Below, piece after piece: positions 62,874-64,000 of a stretch of DNA of 64,000 nt. Source of the stretch: Pseudomonadota bacterium (lineage in GTDB: Archaea; Thermoplasmatota; SW-10-69-26; JACQPN01; JAJPHT01). The stretch lies in assembly GCA_021325135.1 (NCBI GenBank), contig JAJPHT010000046.1, positions 32,001 through 96,000 on the forward strand, in the 5' to 3' direction. The notes under the pieces were generated by a model that had not been told where the DNA came from, made no database searches, and saw only the letters and a program-made list of their open reading frames with translations. Positions within the stretch are counted from its first letter, which is position 1. Every line of letters begins with the position of its first letter. The position numbers and the translations under genes are program-made.

Positions 62874-63199
62874 GCTCCCGACCCGACGCTTGTCGTCAAG
62901 CGACGGTGGCGTCCACGACTCCCCTGAAACGTAGAAATAGACGGAAAAGCCACCCCTTCCCCGGAGCAGGGTCCCGCGAGTGCTGTGAACTCGCCGCTCT
63001 GACCGTATCCAAACCCTCCATGATGCGAAACGGGACCGGTTCGTCCCATAATCCGGTTCCTGGGGCCTTGCTCCGTCCCTCTCGCCCCAGCGCAGGCTGC
63101 GCGTGGTGGAGGTTTGTTGTGAGCCGAAGCGGCAATCGTTTTGCGCCCGCGGATCGTGCGAGACGAGGGCCCTTCGGGGCGCGTGCGAGGAGGACGAGC

Positions 63200-63409
63200 A
63201 TGGACGAGACGGGCGCGGGCCTGGAGCGGCTCGCGGAGGAGAAGCGCCGCCACTACGAGGACGCGCGCCGGGTGCTTGACGAGATGGCGGCCCTGGTGCA
63301 GGAGCACCTCCCGGTGCCCGCCGAGCTGGAGGCGAGGCTCCAGGCCAGCCTCCAGGCGCTTCGGGACGCCAACCGCCGCCTGGAGGGCGAGCGCCGGAGG
63401 AAGGCCTAG
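63200..63409 (+). CDS. Small helical-hairpin hypothetical protein (69 aa)
   Basis: GAGGAGG SD; MDETGAGLERLAEEKRRHYED... Confidence 0.65.
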   Translation: MDETGAGLERLAEEKRRHYEDARRVLDEMAALVQEHLPVPAELEARLQASLQALRDANRRLEGERRRKA

Positions 63410-63601
63410 GCTGCTCCCGGCCCATGCGTCGCACGGGAAGCGCGCCCCGCGGGTGCTTTCGGGGATCCCCTGGGGATCAGGCCTAAGCCATGGAGCGCTT
63501 TGGACGGGACGACCAGGCCCCTTGGCGAGCACCGCGGGCCTTCGACGCGCAAACGCCGACGAGCCGCCTGCTTTTCCAGGCTGCCTGGCCAGGAAATCGC
63601 C

Positions 63602-64000
63602 ATGCAGCAGACCGAGAACCTCGCGCCCCACGTCCAGGACATCGCCCGGGCGCTTCAAAACCGCATGGAGCCCGACGCCATCGAGGACGAGCTTCGCCGC
63701 TACCTCGACTACGGAGTGCCCCTCGCCCAGGCCAAGAAGGACATCGTGCGCATGCACGGGGGCACCTTCGTCGCGGGCGAGAAGAAGCTCGCCGACGTGC
63801 TCCCCGACGAGCGCGGCATCGAGATCACCGCCCGCGTCCTCACGGTGAACCCCAAGGAGATCACCGTCAAGGGCCAGGCCAAGACCATCTTCTACGGCCT
63901 CCTCGCCGACGAGACCGCCAAGGTCCCCTACACGGCGTGGAAGCCCTTCGACAACCTCCAGAAGGGCGCCACGGTCCACGTGAAGAACGCCTCCGCCAAG
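63602..64000 (+). CDS. rpa: Replication protein A / OB-fold ssDNA-binding protein, 3'-truncated
   Basis: YGVPLAQAK N-terminal motif; ITARVLTV, GLLADETAKVPYTAW, VHVKNA. Confidence 0.88.
   Translation, partial: MQQTENLAPHVQDIARALQNRMEPDAIEDELRRYLDYGVPLAQAKKDIVRMHGGTFVAGEKKLADVLPDERGIEITARVLTVNPKEITVKGQAKTIFYGLLADETAKVPYTAWKPFDNLQKGATVHVKNASAK

Noticed and set aside
62874-63180. RNase P RNA or SRP RNA
   Set aside because: No GAGGAAAGTCC / ACAGAA..GGCTTA P4 motifs and no SRP helix-8 GNRA signature on either strand; kept only as an unknown structured candidate.

Overview
A 64-kb stretch of very GC-rich archaeal chromosome. Archaeal markers include ribosomal protein L37e, NOB1, an Sm/Lsm protein, NurA, RPA, TATA-like boxes before leaderless starts and tRNAs without encoded CCA. 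Bacterial-type gyrAB and the many Cys-rich secreted or sialidase-like lipoproteins point to an uncultured high-GC Thermoplasmatota lineage (inference). Housekeeping content: tyrA(partial)-lysC-asd, a three-gene sarcosine/proline-dehydrogenase-type oxidase, hutH with two GNATs, carB, queC, rpl37e, gyrB-gyrA, nob1, tRNA-Leu(TAG), tRNA-Asn(GTT) divergent from gatCAB, a GH15-GT4-GH57 glycogen operon, a site-2 protease, an HD dNTPase, glpQ, a YprB-like exonuclease, nurA and rpa(partial). No transposase, integrase, CRISPR array or rRNA was seen. The top finding is at 38.1-41.7 kb: copCD followed by two tandem 3-TM proteins that keep the ETR1 ethylene-receptor Tyr-x32-Cys-x3-His spacing. Each is fused only to a degenerate HisKA_3-like helix, and they are followed by a sensor-less kinase and a stand-alone receiver, which suggests a split, copper-dependent ethylene-receptor-like sensing system in an archaeon. 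Other notable signals are structured inserts in operon junctions covered by mini-ORFs that preserve translational coupling (2025-2159, 49994-50068), a dispersed palindromic MITE/REP-like family, a Z-DNA-prone tract plus phased A-tracts at the gyrase promoter, an atypical tRNA-Asn beside gatCAB, and two oppositely oriented secreted-protein paralogs with identical 3' DNA blocks. All family calls come from motif recognition by eye; no searches were run.
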